A stretch of 64,000 bases of DNA from Podarcis liolepis (taxonomy: Eukaryota). The first letter of the stretch is position 1, and every line of letters starts with the position of its first letter. A program made the position numbers and the translations under genes. The stretch lies in NCBI GenBank assembly GCA_965112155.1, contig OZ218110.1. One strand, 5' to 3'. The notes under the pieces are model-generated. The model saw only the letters and a list, made by a program, of their open reading frames with translations, was not told the DNA's origin and made no database searches. Below are positions 1 to 30,525 of this stretch, one piece after another.

Positions 1-105
1 CAGGCTTTCCCAAACGTGGGTCTCCAGCTGTTTTGAGACTACAGTTCCCATCATCCCTGACCACTGGTCCTACTAGCTAGGGTTGATGAGAGTTGTAGTC
101 CAACT
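1..105. repeat. Hairpin-type squamate MITE (GACTACAACTCCCATC...GATGGGAGTTGTAGTCC family); other copies near 20575-20700, 38850-38960, 42905-43030, 58310-58425, 62355-62470
   Basis: Internal inverted repeat GACTACAGTTCCCATCATCCCT ... AGGGTTGATGAGAGTTGTAGTC; the motif recurs at the listed positions. Confidence 0.7.
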
Positions 106-336
106 GGTGTAGGCTACTGGCTTTCAGGACTCAACATTACTTTGCTTACAAATATCTCAGCAAGGCGTGTTCCCAGTCCCTCCTTATGCTCACCCACTAG
201 TCCCAATTCTGCAACACCCCCACCAAGGAAAAGAACCTCAGGCATTCTGGTTTCCACTTGCCAACCTGCTTGAGCCCATCAAACATCACCATTTTCCTTA
301 AAAAAAGAAGCAGCCTGAAAAGAGATTACATCTTAC

Positions 337-454
337 CTTTATTGGCCACTTCCCAAGCCACCTCAAAAAGGATGGCATTTTCTAGGTCCAGTTCATCATC
401 CCAGTCCTCCAATCCTGTCAGGGAGGTCACTGAGAGGCTGCGGGCGAGTGGCAT
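337..454 (-). CDS. GYS1: Glycogen synthase 1 (muscle), first coding exon; the rest of the gene lies left of the window
   Basis: Minus strand from ATG at 454 reads [39 protein letters not shown] plus G, then donor GTAAG at 336-332. The 118-nt coding length and sequence match the recalled GYS1 N-terminus ([39 protein letters not shown]), with regulatory Ser8 and Ser11 kept. The exon extends to a polypyrimidine/CAG acceptor at 514-512. Confidence 0.93.
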
Positions 455-1454
455 GGTGCCCCAGGGGTTGAAAGTAAGGACAAGGGGTTTCGGGGGAGGT
501 CTAGGTCTAGCCTGGAGGAATCAGAAAAAGAAGGTCATGTTCTATTATCTATTATTATATCTATTGTTCTACTATTCTATCATGCCTGGAAGGGTCTCCG
601 TAACTGGTGAGAATTTCAGGGTTCCCTGAATTCTAAGCATCCAGTTCTCTCAATGGGCTTAAATAAAATCCCTTCCTCCTCAGATCCTAGAACTGTAGAG
701 TTGGGGCAATCTAGTCCAAGCCCCTACAATGCAGGGATCCTTTTCAACCCTCCTTTTTTCCTCCTCAGACTACTTGGGAGTCCTGGCTCCCAGCCCACCT
801 TCTCTAAACCATTATGAACCAAGTTTCTGTCTCTGTGTTTGCCCCCCACCCCACCCCCGTTTTGCTTCTAAAGAACCCAGGAGTCCAAGTTCCTTCCTCC
901 TCTCCACTACCACCACCCCTTGATCTTTTCGAAGGCTTGCATTTAGTCTTGAGTAACAGCAACAGCTGAAGGAGGGGAAAGGGTAAGATGGGAGGTCTGC
1001 CGAGAGCTTTCCGACTGCAACATTTAAGAGCTGGCAGGGCGGATGGGTGCATTTTAGAGAAGCTTGAAAGGAAGAGGGCATAGAAATCTTCTGTATCTAA
1101 GTAGGAAGGAACAGGAGTCCCGGTTTTTCCTCCTAAGCAATAGCTAGAAGGAAACCTAGGCGAAGAGAAGGCGGAGTGCAGGCCTCGCTTACTCTGCAAG
1201 AGACTCTGGACAGCAGGCTTGGGATCCTTCCGGGAAGCGCGGAAATGACTAGAATATAAGAAGGAACGTAGCGATCCTTTAAGAATCTTGCTAGGAACAG
1301 GGTGGGGGAAAGGAGAGCCTATTAGATTTGGGATCGCAGGCCTGTGGGAGCAGAGGTACAAGATTTGTTCCTCAGAGGTATTGGACGAGGGCTGTGCAAG
1401 GATAGGGAGGGCGAGAGAGAAGGAAGAAAGGGAGAAGTAACTGTCGCAGGAATT

Positions 1455-1460
1455 GTGTGT

Positions 1461-1492
<32 letters not shown>
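1455..1492. repeat. (GT)n microsatellite
   Basis: GT run with one interruption, in the putative GYS1 first intron. Confidence 0.95.
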
Positions 1493-1493
<1 letters not shown>

Positions 1494-1662
1494 AAGCATG
1501 CAGTCCGGTTCCCATTGGGAATCGGGAGGAGCAAGAAGAGCTAGATACAGCATGAAATGAAAAGAGTCATATAGTTATGAATAAAGCTGGGTCACTGGCG
1601 ATTAAAGGAAAGGGGGATCTGGAGATCCTTGGGAGCGCCCGGGGGAATCCGGCTGTGCTTAC

Positions 1663-1890
1663 CTCTCTGCAGCTGAGGACAAACTACTTGCTCGCTCCCC
1701 CGCACCTCCTCCCCCTCCCCTCCAGACCCTCCTGCTCAGAGGCCACACCCCTCAGTGGGCGGGGCCACGGCCCAAGGCGGACTCGCCCCCCTCGACAGGG
1801 GCAGCCTTCTCATGCCTCCGGGGTTTTTTTCCTGCTTCTGCCCACCCTGACCCACGTTCCTTTGCCTCTCCGGCTTTCTTGATTGGCTGA
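1663..1890 (-). promoter_or_regulatory. GYS1: Candidate GYS1 non-coding first exon and proximal promoter
   Basis: Minus-strand donor GAG|GTAAGC at 1663/1662. GC-rich, CpG-containing stretch with GC box GGGCGGGGC near 1757 and a minus-strand CCAAT near 1882. The GYS1 ATG exon has an acceptor, so an upstream exon is required. Confidence 0.5.
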
Positions 1891-3359
1891 GGGGGAAGCC
1901 TCCCAGCAGGCTCGGCAGCGTCTCGAACGCGTCGGAAAGGAAGAGAGGTTGTTGCAAGGTCTTAAAGGGGAAGTGTCGGCAGTGAAAGGGAGGAGGGGTT
2001 GCATTGGCGATGGAAGGAGAAAGCCGAATGGGAAAGGTGGGGGTGTGGGGGTGTGCATAGAATATGGGTACAGGGAGAATCAGGGGCGAAAGGGGTTCCA
2101 AGAAAAATATAGGAGGCAATTATGCAGAGTAATAAAAGACAGCTTAAGGACATACTGTGGGGCAAAAGGAGAAAGTCTGGTTGAAGGTGAGTGTGGGTTA
2201 ATGATAGAGAAGGAGATTGTGGGATATAACAATGGAGAATTTGAGTAAAAGCACAGTAGGGTGGTTTGAGGGTTAAAGTGAGATTGTGGTATAAAATATG
2301 GGGCTAATGACAGAATCAGGTAAAAGGAGATTATGGAATAGATGTTGGGATAATGATGGATAATCAGGGTGAAATCAGATTATGGACTAATTAACATCTT
2401 CCTCCTTCCTCCCAATTCCTTTTGTATCATGCATCTTATTATTGATCTTTGTAAGGAGCTCAGAGAGCCTGAAGTGTGCAAATGCTTCAAAGAAATGAGA
2501 GGGGGAAAGCAATTAGGGCTGCACAACTTTTGATCAACTAGGCTGAATCCTGTTTACCAGCTGTGTATGACAGCCCACTGAGGTACAGTAAACTTTGCTA
2601 CCTGCCTGAGATTGCAAAAACAGGTTATCAGTGGGAAGCAACTAAAAGGCATAAAACGAAATATTACAAATGGATAAAAATAGTTTGCATCATTTTGTTG
2701 AAATATATTAACCCATGTGCTAGTTTAACCTCCCAAAGCGAGACACATGGGTCTTGCAACACTTCGGAAGTTGCTCCATCTTGGGTGTTGGCAGGACTCT
2801 GTGAACAGGGGATTTTGGATGAAGAGAGGCACCCAAAACAGTTCTGTTGGCAATCTGGCTCAATTCAAGGGACCCTTAAGGTAGCAACACTGTTTTTTTG
2901 AGTAAGCCTCATTAAGCTCAGCAGGATTTATAATGTAGATAGGATATTAATTTTCTACAGTATTATCTTTCCTTTCCTTCCATTAAGGAGCTCATGGGTG
3001 CTTACCCATCCCATTTTATGACCACAACAACCTTCTGAGGTAAATTAGGATAAGGGATAGTGACTGCCTGATGTGTGCCTAGAAAAACTTAAGTGACTTG
3101 TGATTAAAAAGACACAAGGGGAAAGTGTTGGAGGTCCAACCACTGCTAAACTCAAACACACATAAAACATTTTCCTCTGAATTGGCCTGAGTCTCTTGGT
3201 GTCAGATTCGTTAGTATCTGTTATGTGTTTTCTAAATTCACTGTTCAGATTCCGGTTTAGTGAGAGCTTGTCAGAGATTTGAACAATTTACTGTTACCAT
3301 GTAGCGTGCTGAATTATTCCTCACTGCGATACGTAGAAAAGGGGACGGACGGAGCTACA

Positions 3360-4624
3360 GGGACACGTGCATAACCTCACATTGTCAATGGCACCCTTCT
3401 TGACCAATAGGATCTCATTAGGGCTTCGACCAATGAGCTTTCACGAAAGAATTCCCAGACTGGTAATGGCGCGGCCCATATAGGCCTGACACTAATCAAG
3501 GAGGCCTGTATTTGTTGGGTACAGACAGTTCGCGCTTTATGAACGATAACAAAAGTACCCAATCAAACATGATAGCTGTTAAATTGACAACGAACTCGCC
3601 CAATAAGCGCTTCTGTTGAAGAGAAAGGGCTGTTGCTAATCCCTAAGTGATATCTTGCCCTTCTCAAATAGAATTTGACCTTAGCCGTGAAGCGTTACAA
3701 CTTTTAAATCCTTTTATAATCGTTCCCGCCAATAATTGTCATAGAGATCCGCCAGTAAGTGAATGAAGGGCGCTATGTGGGGATTTAAATGTGTGAGTGA
3801 CTGCCAAGGCGGCCAATGGCCATTAGAGAGTCACTTTATAGGCGGTCTCTTCCTCATCTCAGCCAATCGATCCTATATTCGGTTTTTCAGGACGGCTGTC
3901 TCCTAATTCCTTAAGCCATCCGGCTTTCACTCTGTGCTGCTGGAGTTTCTCATTCAGAATGTGGATTCCTTTTCAGGATCCCGCTCTTCCTTTGTCATGT
4001 TTCCCTCGTGTCAAATTATCTGAAGCGACTGGATTTGAAAGCGAACGCTCTTATTTGATTGCCACTTAAATGAACCAATAGCTTCCACGTTTGAGAAGGT
4101 GGGACAAAGAGAAAACCCAATAGTTATGGAGAAGACGGAGGCCTTTATCTTTGAATGACGCTTAGGTACACCGATAGTTATTCGTCTATCGCTGGTAAAA
4201 ACCGCCTCCCTGCTACGATTGACGGCCATTTCCCCACCTCATCTAATGGCATTTAAAGCTCATGGAGTGGAAGCAACGCCCCCAGCGCTGACGGACAACT
4301 TCCCCTCCCCGCTCCTTTGGATCTTTAGCCTCTGGGAGCGCTCAGCGCGCGCGCGCGCAAACGACCGACCAAGAAGCCGCTCTGCCTCTCTGAGTTGGTC
4401 CAATGGGGATTGAGCGTCGGTTGATAGACAGCTATTCCTCCTTCTGACCGTCCGAGACCCAGTCAGCCTATGAAAATCCAGAGGCGGGCTTTACTTCCTT
4501 TCCCGCCCATGCCCCTTGAATGACAACGGCTCCGCCCAATGGGCTGCCCAGTCCCCTCCCCTCCGCTCAGCAAGGCTGGGGGAGCCGAGCCAGTGCTTCT
4601 CTCTTTCTGTGTCTCATTCACAAG
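3360..4624. promoter_or_regulatory. PRMT1: PRMT1 promoter, divergent from GYS1: CCAAT-box array, GC boxes, NRF1-like GCGC run, E-box
   Basis: CpG-rich. CCAAT at 3404, 3430, 3559, 3600, 3729, 3813, 3863, 4075, 4117, 4400, 4536; GCGCGCGCGCGCGC near 4345; CACGTG at 3364; YY1-type CAAGATGGCGG over the start codon (4621-4631). Confidence 0.75.
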
Positions 4625-22104
<17,480 letters not shown>

Positions 22105-22956
22105 CCCAGCCACCCCTTGCCAGATTTTTTTTCTCCTCCTCCTCCAACTGACCTTGCAACCCAGAGCTAACCCTCCCTGTCGTCCTGTTTAAGTTGGTGT
22201 CTCACTAATTCATTTCATTGTGTAGTTCCTTGTTGCTGTGACTCTGGGCCAGCAAGGGGAGGGTCAGTATTAGAGGCTAGGGGGAAATAGCCAAGACCCC
22301 CCCTCAACCCTGTTGCCCCTCATTTTCAAATCTCCTTCCCCACCCGCAACCAACCTCCCCTCCTCCAGGCCAGGAGCCAAGGCTGTTAGCACAACTGAAG
22401 ACACAGGTGGTTTGTCCATCCGTCCGTTTGTTCTGAGGCCCGAGTGCCGACAGCAGACTTCCATCATGAATTTCTTTTTTAAAAATAATAATAATTTTTT
22501 TTTTTTGGTTAGTTAAATCATTGTTGGTATCACCTGCCAAACTGTGTTGCCCAGGATCCTCGTCCCTCCTCTTGCCCTGTTTTCTGGAGTAACTGCTCCT
22601 GACAATACCCTCTGCTCCAGTGTAAACGCTGCTCAGTTTTTTTGAAGGGTACACACTTCTATCCAGTGCCCAAATGGGGGAGAGGGTTCCCAACAGGTTT
22701 TTATCAAGAGGGCACGTGGAGGGGTGTGGGTGGAAAAGGCATCTCCATTTTGTGAGTGTTAAGTTTTTTTTCCCCACTGACGGTTTTGTACTCCCCCCCC
22801 CCCCTTAACAATTCCCTGTTTGGATCTGTGGGAGGGAGTTGTGTGGGGTTTTTCTTTTTCTTTTTTAAATCCCTTGCCCCTTCGAAAGCTGACATCGTGT
22901 GACTGTTTCATAACTTATGGTTTTTATATGGTTACATTCATGAGGGAAAAAATAAT

Positions 22957-22962
22957 AATAAA
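22957..22962 (+). terminator. PRMT1: PRMT1 polyadenylation signal AATAAA
   Basis: AATAAA about 850 nt after the stop codon, just after a U-rich block (TGACTGTTTCATAACTTATGGTTTTTATATGGTTACATT). Confidence 0.7.
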
Positions 22963-24960
22963 GAAGTTGAAACCACCTCTTTTACTCAAACATATTGCTT
23001 GCCTGCCTGCCTGCCTGATGGCCTTAGGGTTGCATTTAGAGAGGGGCCCGTTCCATGACCCCCAGCCTCACTGCTTGTCTCTCCCCCCAAAAAAAACAAA
23101 CCCCAACAACTGTGTGGACAGAAGAACAGAAGTACAATGTAAGGTGTGGGACTCTCAAACCAGCTGTCAAAACTCACAAGGCAGAATTTACAGCCACACA
23201 CACAAAAATGAGGTTATTGAGGAAGACATCCTTTTGTTCCGTAACACTGTGGCTTTGGACTAGTTACAGATACAGTGATGTTCTCTACAGAGCCATCTCA
23301 AGACATGTTACTGGAGAGGGAGAACAAGGCCCCTTGTTCCCACTGCCAGGTACAGAAGCCAATGGGACTGGCAAGTGGATTGTTCTCAGACCCAATTACA
23401 CCAGCAGTGTCTTCAGATTCTTGTTACAAACCTGTTTTAAGTGGGGAGCCTAGATTATCAAGAAGGTTAACTGCATGCCCAGCTGTTCCTTGATTTTAAG
23501 ATGGAGGGGAAGAATTTGGATCAGGTGACAAATGCTGAGCCTGTGGTTAGGAGCCGACGCTGCACCTTGGATGCAGGGACCAAAACTCCAGTTTAAAGTG
23601 CCAGAAGAGCTGGACACAGGAATGTCTCTCACCTCAAATTCACAAAAGGACAGTACCTTTATTAGGCCCATCAAAATATCACAAAATAGTGTGCACGCTG
23701 GTGGGAACGGTTGGTGTGGGGAAGGTATTGACAAAACCAGATTTTCTTGTGACCAATGTAGGCACATGGTTGTTTGTTCTATGGGTCTCACACTGGACTT
23801 TACTCTGCTTTGGCAGGGGTGTGAAGGAGGCTGAACAGAAGGGGCCATGGAGACTTCCCTAGGGTATAGTTTTGATCAAAGCGGTTAAGGGGTGCTTTAC
23901 AGAGATGTGCTTCTCTACATGAAACATCACTGAGAACAGAGGTTTATGAAGCTGAGGTGATGCTGAACCATGCTGTGTTCCCCTCTTTGAGGAAGGCAGT
24001 TCCAGCTGCAAAGAAGGCTGTAATTTGGACCTGGAGGGAATTGTGAACTGGGAGGTGCCTTCACCATATCCTAGTGCTAGAGTGCTTCTTCCAGGAGGTA
24101 CCTGGCATCCCCAAGTACAGGGCTGGGAAGGACTCAGAACCACAGCCAGTCCGTATGGACAGTACAGCATTAGATATTACCATTGGTTTGACTTAGTATA
24201 AGGGAACTTCTTGCATTCCTAATTTATATGCAAGAGGTACCATTCATTCTCTGGCATTTCAAGGTAAAATGATTAGCTAAGCAGGCAATGGAGAAAGACC
24301 TCTGCCTGTAACAAAGTCTAGCCTAATCTACCTTCCTGTTTTTGAGTCTAGTAAAGGCAGGCTGGTAGACTGGGCCTATCCTCAACTCTGGTGCCTAGGC
24401 AGGTTCAAAAACAAGCTGCATTGGCCTCAGTCTGCAAGGCGACAGGTGAAACTGTTGCAACTTTCAGCCCATCACCGGCAGAGCCGGCATCCTTGGTGCT
24501 CCCCCCACTTGTGTGAAAGCCAGCGCCAGGCTGGGGGATCCTTTAACTGCTCAGAGGGCAGCAGCAACTGCACACTCAGCTGAGCAAAAGATGCAGAGGG
24601 AGGAACAAGCTGTATCAGCGCTGATGCAGATTTTTTCTCCCTCTGCACTATGAGGGCAGAATGGGATGATGGTTTCACAAACACTCGCTGGAGGAAGTCG
24701 CTAGTAAAGGGACTCAGAAGCGGCTGTTTCACCAGCTTCTTGAACGAGACATCGCAGTCTACTCCTCATACTGCTCCTGGATGATATATTAATAATATAT
24801 CGCCCAGGCCTAGAACAAGCCTCAGAACTCTGGCGGCATCAGCAGTTTCAGTGGTATTTTGCTTTTGTGCATCATTGAATCTGGAAACCTGAATGACACA
24901 TGAAGCCCTTGCTCCTAGAGATTCTAACCTAAACACTGAATTGGCTTTGGTGGTCTTGAG

Positions 24961-25215
24961 CATGGGTAGGCAAACTATGGCCTGGGGGCCGGATGTGGCC
25001 CAATCGCCTTCTCAATCCGGCCTGCAGACAGTCCAGGAATCAGTGTGTTTTTACATGACTAGAATGTGTGCTTTTATTTAAAATGCATCTCTGGGTTATT
25101 TATAGGGCATAGGAATTCGTTCATTTTCTTTTTCCCTTCAAAATATAGTCCGGCCCCCCACAAGGTCTGAGGGACAATGGACCGGCCCCCTGCTGAAAAA
25201 GGTTGCTGACCCCTG
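24961..25215. mobile_element. hAT-type MITE
   Basis: Termini CATGGGTAGGCAAACT ... AGGTTGCTGACCCCTG; perfect 8-bp TSD GTCTTGAG (24953-24960, 25216-25223). Confidence 0.85.
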
Positions 25216-26708
25216 GTCTTGAGCTTAACTTCTGCACCACTAAAAGCGGAATCTGAAAGCTCTGGAAGGTTTATGTGTGGCCATGCTAATTTATATAAAT
25301 GGACGTTTTACCTGTGCCTACTTCCAATACTAATTCCTGTTCAATAGGCATCACTTATCTAACTAGGCTTCAGCTAGTCTGGTGGTTGCCAACCATTGTG
25401 GACCAGTGGGCAGCAGTCACAAAATGGTTATGGGGAGAACACAAAATGGCTGCCACATTTAAGAGATGGGAACAAAATGGAGGCGAGGGCCGGTGCCCAG
25501 TTCTTGCAGCCAACAAAACGCGGGCAGAGGAAAGGCCATGTCGGTGCAAACACAAACTGAGCAGGAACAGCAAACAGCTTCTTGTGTCGGTTTTTGAGGC
25601 CACCAGGCAGGCAGGCAAACAGCTTCTTGTGTCACTGATCCCTTTTGCAGGTGGTGTAACAGGTACTCGCAGGCACACTGGCAGCCTTGGCTGTCACACC
25701 GGCAAGTTCTGAGCTACCGCCTGCCCTAAAGTGCAGTCCATACATTCAAGAGACCAAAACTTGTTTGAGATTTGGTGGCGTCAAAGCCAATTTCCTTGGA
25801 GGTGGTAGCTGGGTCCCTGCTAATCCTTTAGTTAGCATGCGTGAAGTCCCATGAAATCAGTTATGTGCCATACATCCATAATTCTGTGAAATCAACATGG
25901 GTTCACAGTAGCCACAGTTTGCATATACGTTTAAATAAACTATATATCCTAAAGACACCACAGACTGCTGTGCCTCTCCGAAAAAGGAACACAGACCCTG
26001 GGTAAAGCATCTGTAACCCCTTGAACAGCACAAGAAGAAGCGGTTGTGTGTAATATGTTCCTGGGGCCTGTAAATCTTGGCTCCTGTAATCTCTGGGGCC
26101 TTCTTGTTTTTAAGGAAAATGGTGCTGCTCTCTTCCCCATCTTGCTGCCATACCCTGTTTGCTTTTGCAGGAACTGAGGAACTCTGGGACCCATGGCTCT
26201 TGGAAGGGCGTGTCTCCTGAAATCATTCTCTCTCTGTTCTGTTGGAAAGCCTGCTTCAATAATTCACTGTTCAGAGTACTGTCTGTTCTGATTTAACACT
26301 AGTTCTGATCAAATCTCACAAGATTGTTCTAAAAACCTGGGCTAGCCTATATGCAGGGAAACAAGGCTGCATAAACACAATGAAGTATGTTTCTCCTTTC
26401 ATTCAGAATAAAAATCCTGAGGAAGGCAGCATTGAAGACAAAATCAAAAGCAACAGTAAAATCTACTCTACAAGCATATTCCACAAAATACCAAAGATCA
26501 TTTTGCTCAACCCCACCCCACCCCAAAAACCCCACCGAAAACAACACAAGAGTAAATTTGTGTGTATCATTCTTTTGGGAACACAGTGCATGTGCACCTA
26601 TGCACCATGCTCTTTATTGCACATCACTGAATGAGACAGAATCCTTCCATTGCACAACAGCACCCTCCAGTGGGAGGTGCCTGGTTTGGATACAATCTGA
26701 AGACAGGC

Positions 26709-26752
26709 TATCTGTCTGTGTCTATCTACCTGTCTATCTGTCTATCTATCTG

Positions 26753-26794
<42 letters not shown>

Positions 26795-26800
26795 ATCTAT
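26709..26800. repeat. (TCTA)n/(TCTG)n tetranucleotide microsatellite in the POLR2L 3'UTR
   Basis: Compound TCTG/TCTA run between the stop codon (26861) and the poly(A) signal (26613). Confidence 0.95.
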
Positions 26801-26860
26801 CCACCGGGGGGGCGGTGTCTTCCAGCCTCATTGTGGCTCTGTTCCAGGGTGCCAACACTA

Positions 26861-27940
<1,080 letters not shown>

Positions 27941-28299
27941 CTACCTAGCTATTCTTAGTGTTGCAGGAATTTCTCCGTTAACATTAGTTTACAGCAACTT
28001 GAATAAAATATTGTGGGGGTCCAGGTAAGTCCTGCCCCCACATAACTGATCACAGGATGCAGTGCACCCACACCGTTTGAATGGGAATACTCATCAACTT
28101 TGGGGGCGCGAGGCCCCTCAAATATTTTATTGTGGGGGACTCCAGCTCCCACCAACCCCAGCTGGCCTGGCCAATGGCCAAAGGTGATGGAAGCCGTAGG
28201 ACCCCCCCCCCCATCACCATCACCATCGTCCAGCCACGGGTTAACTGCTCTTGCTGCAAAGGTGATCGGGAGGTAAAAAGCCCACACATCTTAGGTTAA

Positions 28300-30525
28300 G
28301 GCCACGCCCTCACCCCCGGCTTTTACGCTTGCAAACAGCTTCAGGGAAGGCTGAAATTCAACAGGTGCTGCTTCCCTCTGTTACTGCGTCTTCCCCACTC
28401 TCTCTACAAGCTTCACCGGGTGAATCTCTGCCTCTCGTGCCCTTGGAGCTGTCCCGAACAGCCTTTCGCTCCCCTAAGCGCTTCCCCCATTCCTGCTTCC
28501 TCCTTCGGGAAGTGGGGGCGGCCCTCGCCCTCCCCGGATCTCTCCCTCCCTCCTACTTGCCATCTTTCCCCCTCGCCCTCCTCCCTGGCAGACCCTTCTC
28601 CCCGCCGCTCCCCACCTTCCTCTCGGCCTCGGCCGCCTTCCTCTCTCCCGGGGGTCCCTCGTGGTTCTGGCGCAGCAGCGAGGCCGAGGGCTGGCTTCTT
28701 CCGCTGCCCGCAAGAGGGAGACACAAGCTCCGCCGCCGCCGCAGCAGCAAGAGGAGGAGCCCCGACGGCGACGCCGCCCCTTCCTAGCGGAGCCCAAATT
28801 TCTTCCCCTTATAAGCGGCAATCGATCTGCCAGAGGGTCATCTTGTTGTTGCTTACATCCTTGGGATCTTCGCGTTTATCCAAGTTTTTTTCTTTCTCTC
28901 CGCCCCTCTATCTTTCTTTGGATTTACGCGTTTATCCAAGTTTTTTTTCCCTTNNNNNNNNNNNNNNNNNNNNNNNNNNNNNNNNNNNNNNNNNNNNNNN
29001 NNNNNNNNNNNNNNNNNNNNNNNNNNNNNNNNNNNNNNNNNNNNNNNNNNNNNNNNNNNNNNNNNNNNNNNNNNNNNNNNNNNNNNNNNNNNNNNNNNNN
29101 NNNTCTGGAGAACTCGGAAGTTTGCTTGGTAATTTCATACATTTTGCTTGGCGCAAATATAGGCATTTGCCCCCCTCCCAAATTTGGAATTTTTGCGCAT
29201 GGGGTTTAAATTTTGAGAGTGATGCGCATTCTCTCTCCCCGAAATAATGATACCTGGCCTGCCTTACAGGGTTGTTGTAAAGATTGTGGCATATTTATAT
29301 ATATAGGGGGTTGATAACAGCCACTAACTCAAACGGGTTTATTCCGAGGTAACGGTCCTCGCTTGTGAAATCCTGAGCGCTGCCCCGTTACTTTGCTGTG
29401 CCCCCGCTTCCCGCAACTGCTATTTGACAAACTTTCTGTCTACCACACGGGGGTCTTCATATTGCAAAGCGCACGGCTTCCCCCAAACAATCCTGGGAAC
29501 TGTAGTTTACCTTTCTCATCGCTACAATTCCCAGCACCCGTAAGAAACTACGGCTCCCAAAATTCTTCTGAAGGAGAGAATGTTCTTTAAACGTATGTGA
29601 TGTGAAAGGGTGAATCAGGATTGAATGAAGGTGCGCTGGAATTTTGACGTGTGAACGCTGCTGGAAAAAACTCGTGTGCACGGGGAGCACAAAACCCACA
29701 ATAAACACCCACTTGGAAGCTGGCAATGTGGAAGGTACAGAAGCGAAGTACTTTACTCCCGAAGTTGCTCCCAGAGTAACACAACAGGAGGTGCTCTCGG
29801 AAGTGCTTTGAGCAGTTGGAAATCTGAGGCTATCTGTCACGTGCAGCCTGTGTTGGCGTTTACTTAGAATTGTAAACTTGGGAGGGACACGGAGGGTCAT
29901 CTAGCTCAACCCCCTTGCAATGCAGGAATCTTTTTGCCCAACGTGGGGATGGAACCCACAACACCCTGAAATCCAGTCTCTGCAAGCATGTTTTAACACC
30001 CTCCCTTCCGCGGGGGCATAATTTGGAAACGTCTCGAAAGCAGAAAGAGAAGTTATTCACCAATGTCATACAAGTCTACTCCGAAGTAAGTCTCACTGAG
30101 TCCAATAGGACTTGCCGTACTGAGACAGGAATGGAACAGAATCCTGAGCCACACGTTTCTGATGTTAATGCGGTACAACTGAGTCGCTTTTCATTGTCCT
30201 TTTTTGCGGGGGAGGGGGAATGTTTAAACAAGAACAGGGGTTCAAATCCGACTGGACGTCTTTGTCTCGAATAGAAACCCGTTTCCCTCCCAGAGCCCCC
30301 TGGGCTCCTCCCCACAGTCTCAAACACGCCCCACATTACTGCCCCCCTTTCTCCCCTCCCATTTCCTTCCCCCTGTCCCGTGCTGGAATTTGCTCCCCCT
30401 CCCTTTCCATCCTGCATCCCATCAGAGGACAAGCAACTTGGAAGAGGTCTAGGTGTCTGGGAGGGGGGCTCCCGCCCCAAATCCGCACTCCCGCCCCAAA
30501 GTCTCCTGCCCCGAGATCAAGGTGA
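28300..30525. promoter_or_regulatory. CpG-rich bidirectional promoter / 5'UTR region between the POLR2L-type gene and the tetraspanin
   Basis: High GC/CpG at 28400-28830 and 29300-29800; ETS-like GGAAGTG motifs near 28508 and 29799; candidate donors GTGAGG on the minus strand at 28313 and AAG|GTGAGG on the plus strand at 30521/30522. Both flanking genes need an upstream non-coding exon. Confidence 0.55.
28954..29103. other. Assembly gap (N run) inside the POLR2L/tetraspanin promoter region
   Basis: 150 N preceded by two copies of a roughly 57-nt unit (GGAT..CGCGTTTATCCAAGTTTTTTT). Confidence 0.95.

Noticed and set aside
804-1553. 249-aa minus-strand ORF
   Set aside because: Runs through a (CA)n microsatellite in the putative GYS1 first intron; low complexity and no recognisable domain.
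28329-29247. Overlapping long ORFs (up to 275 aa) on both strands
   Set aside because: Stop-poor CpG-island sequence, partly extended across an N gap; no protein-like motifs.
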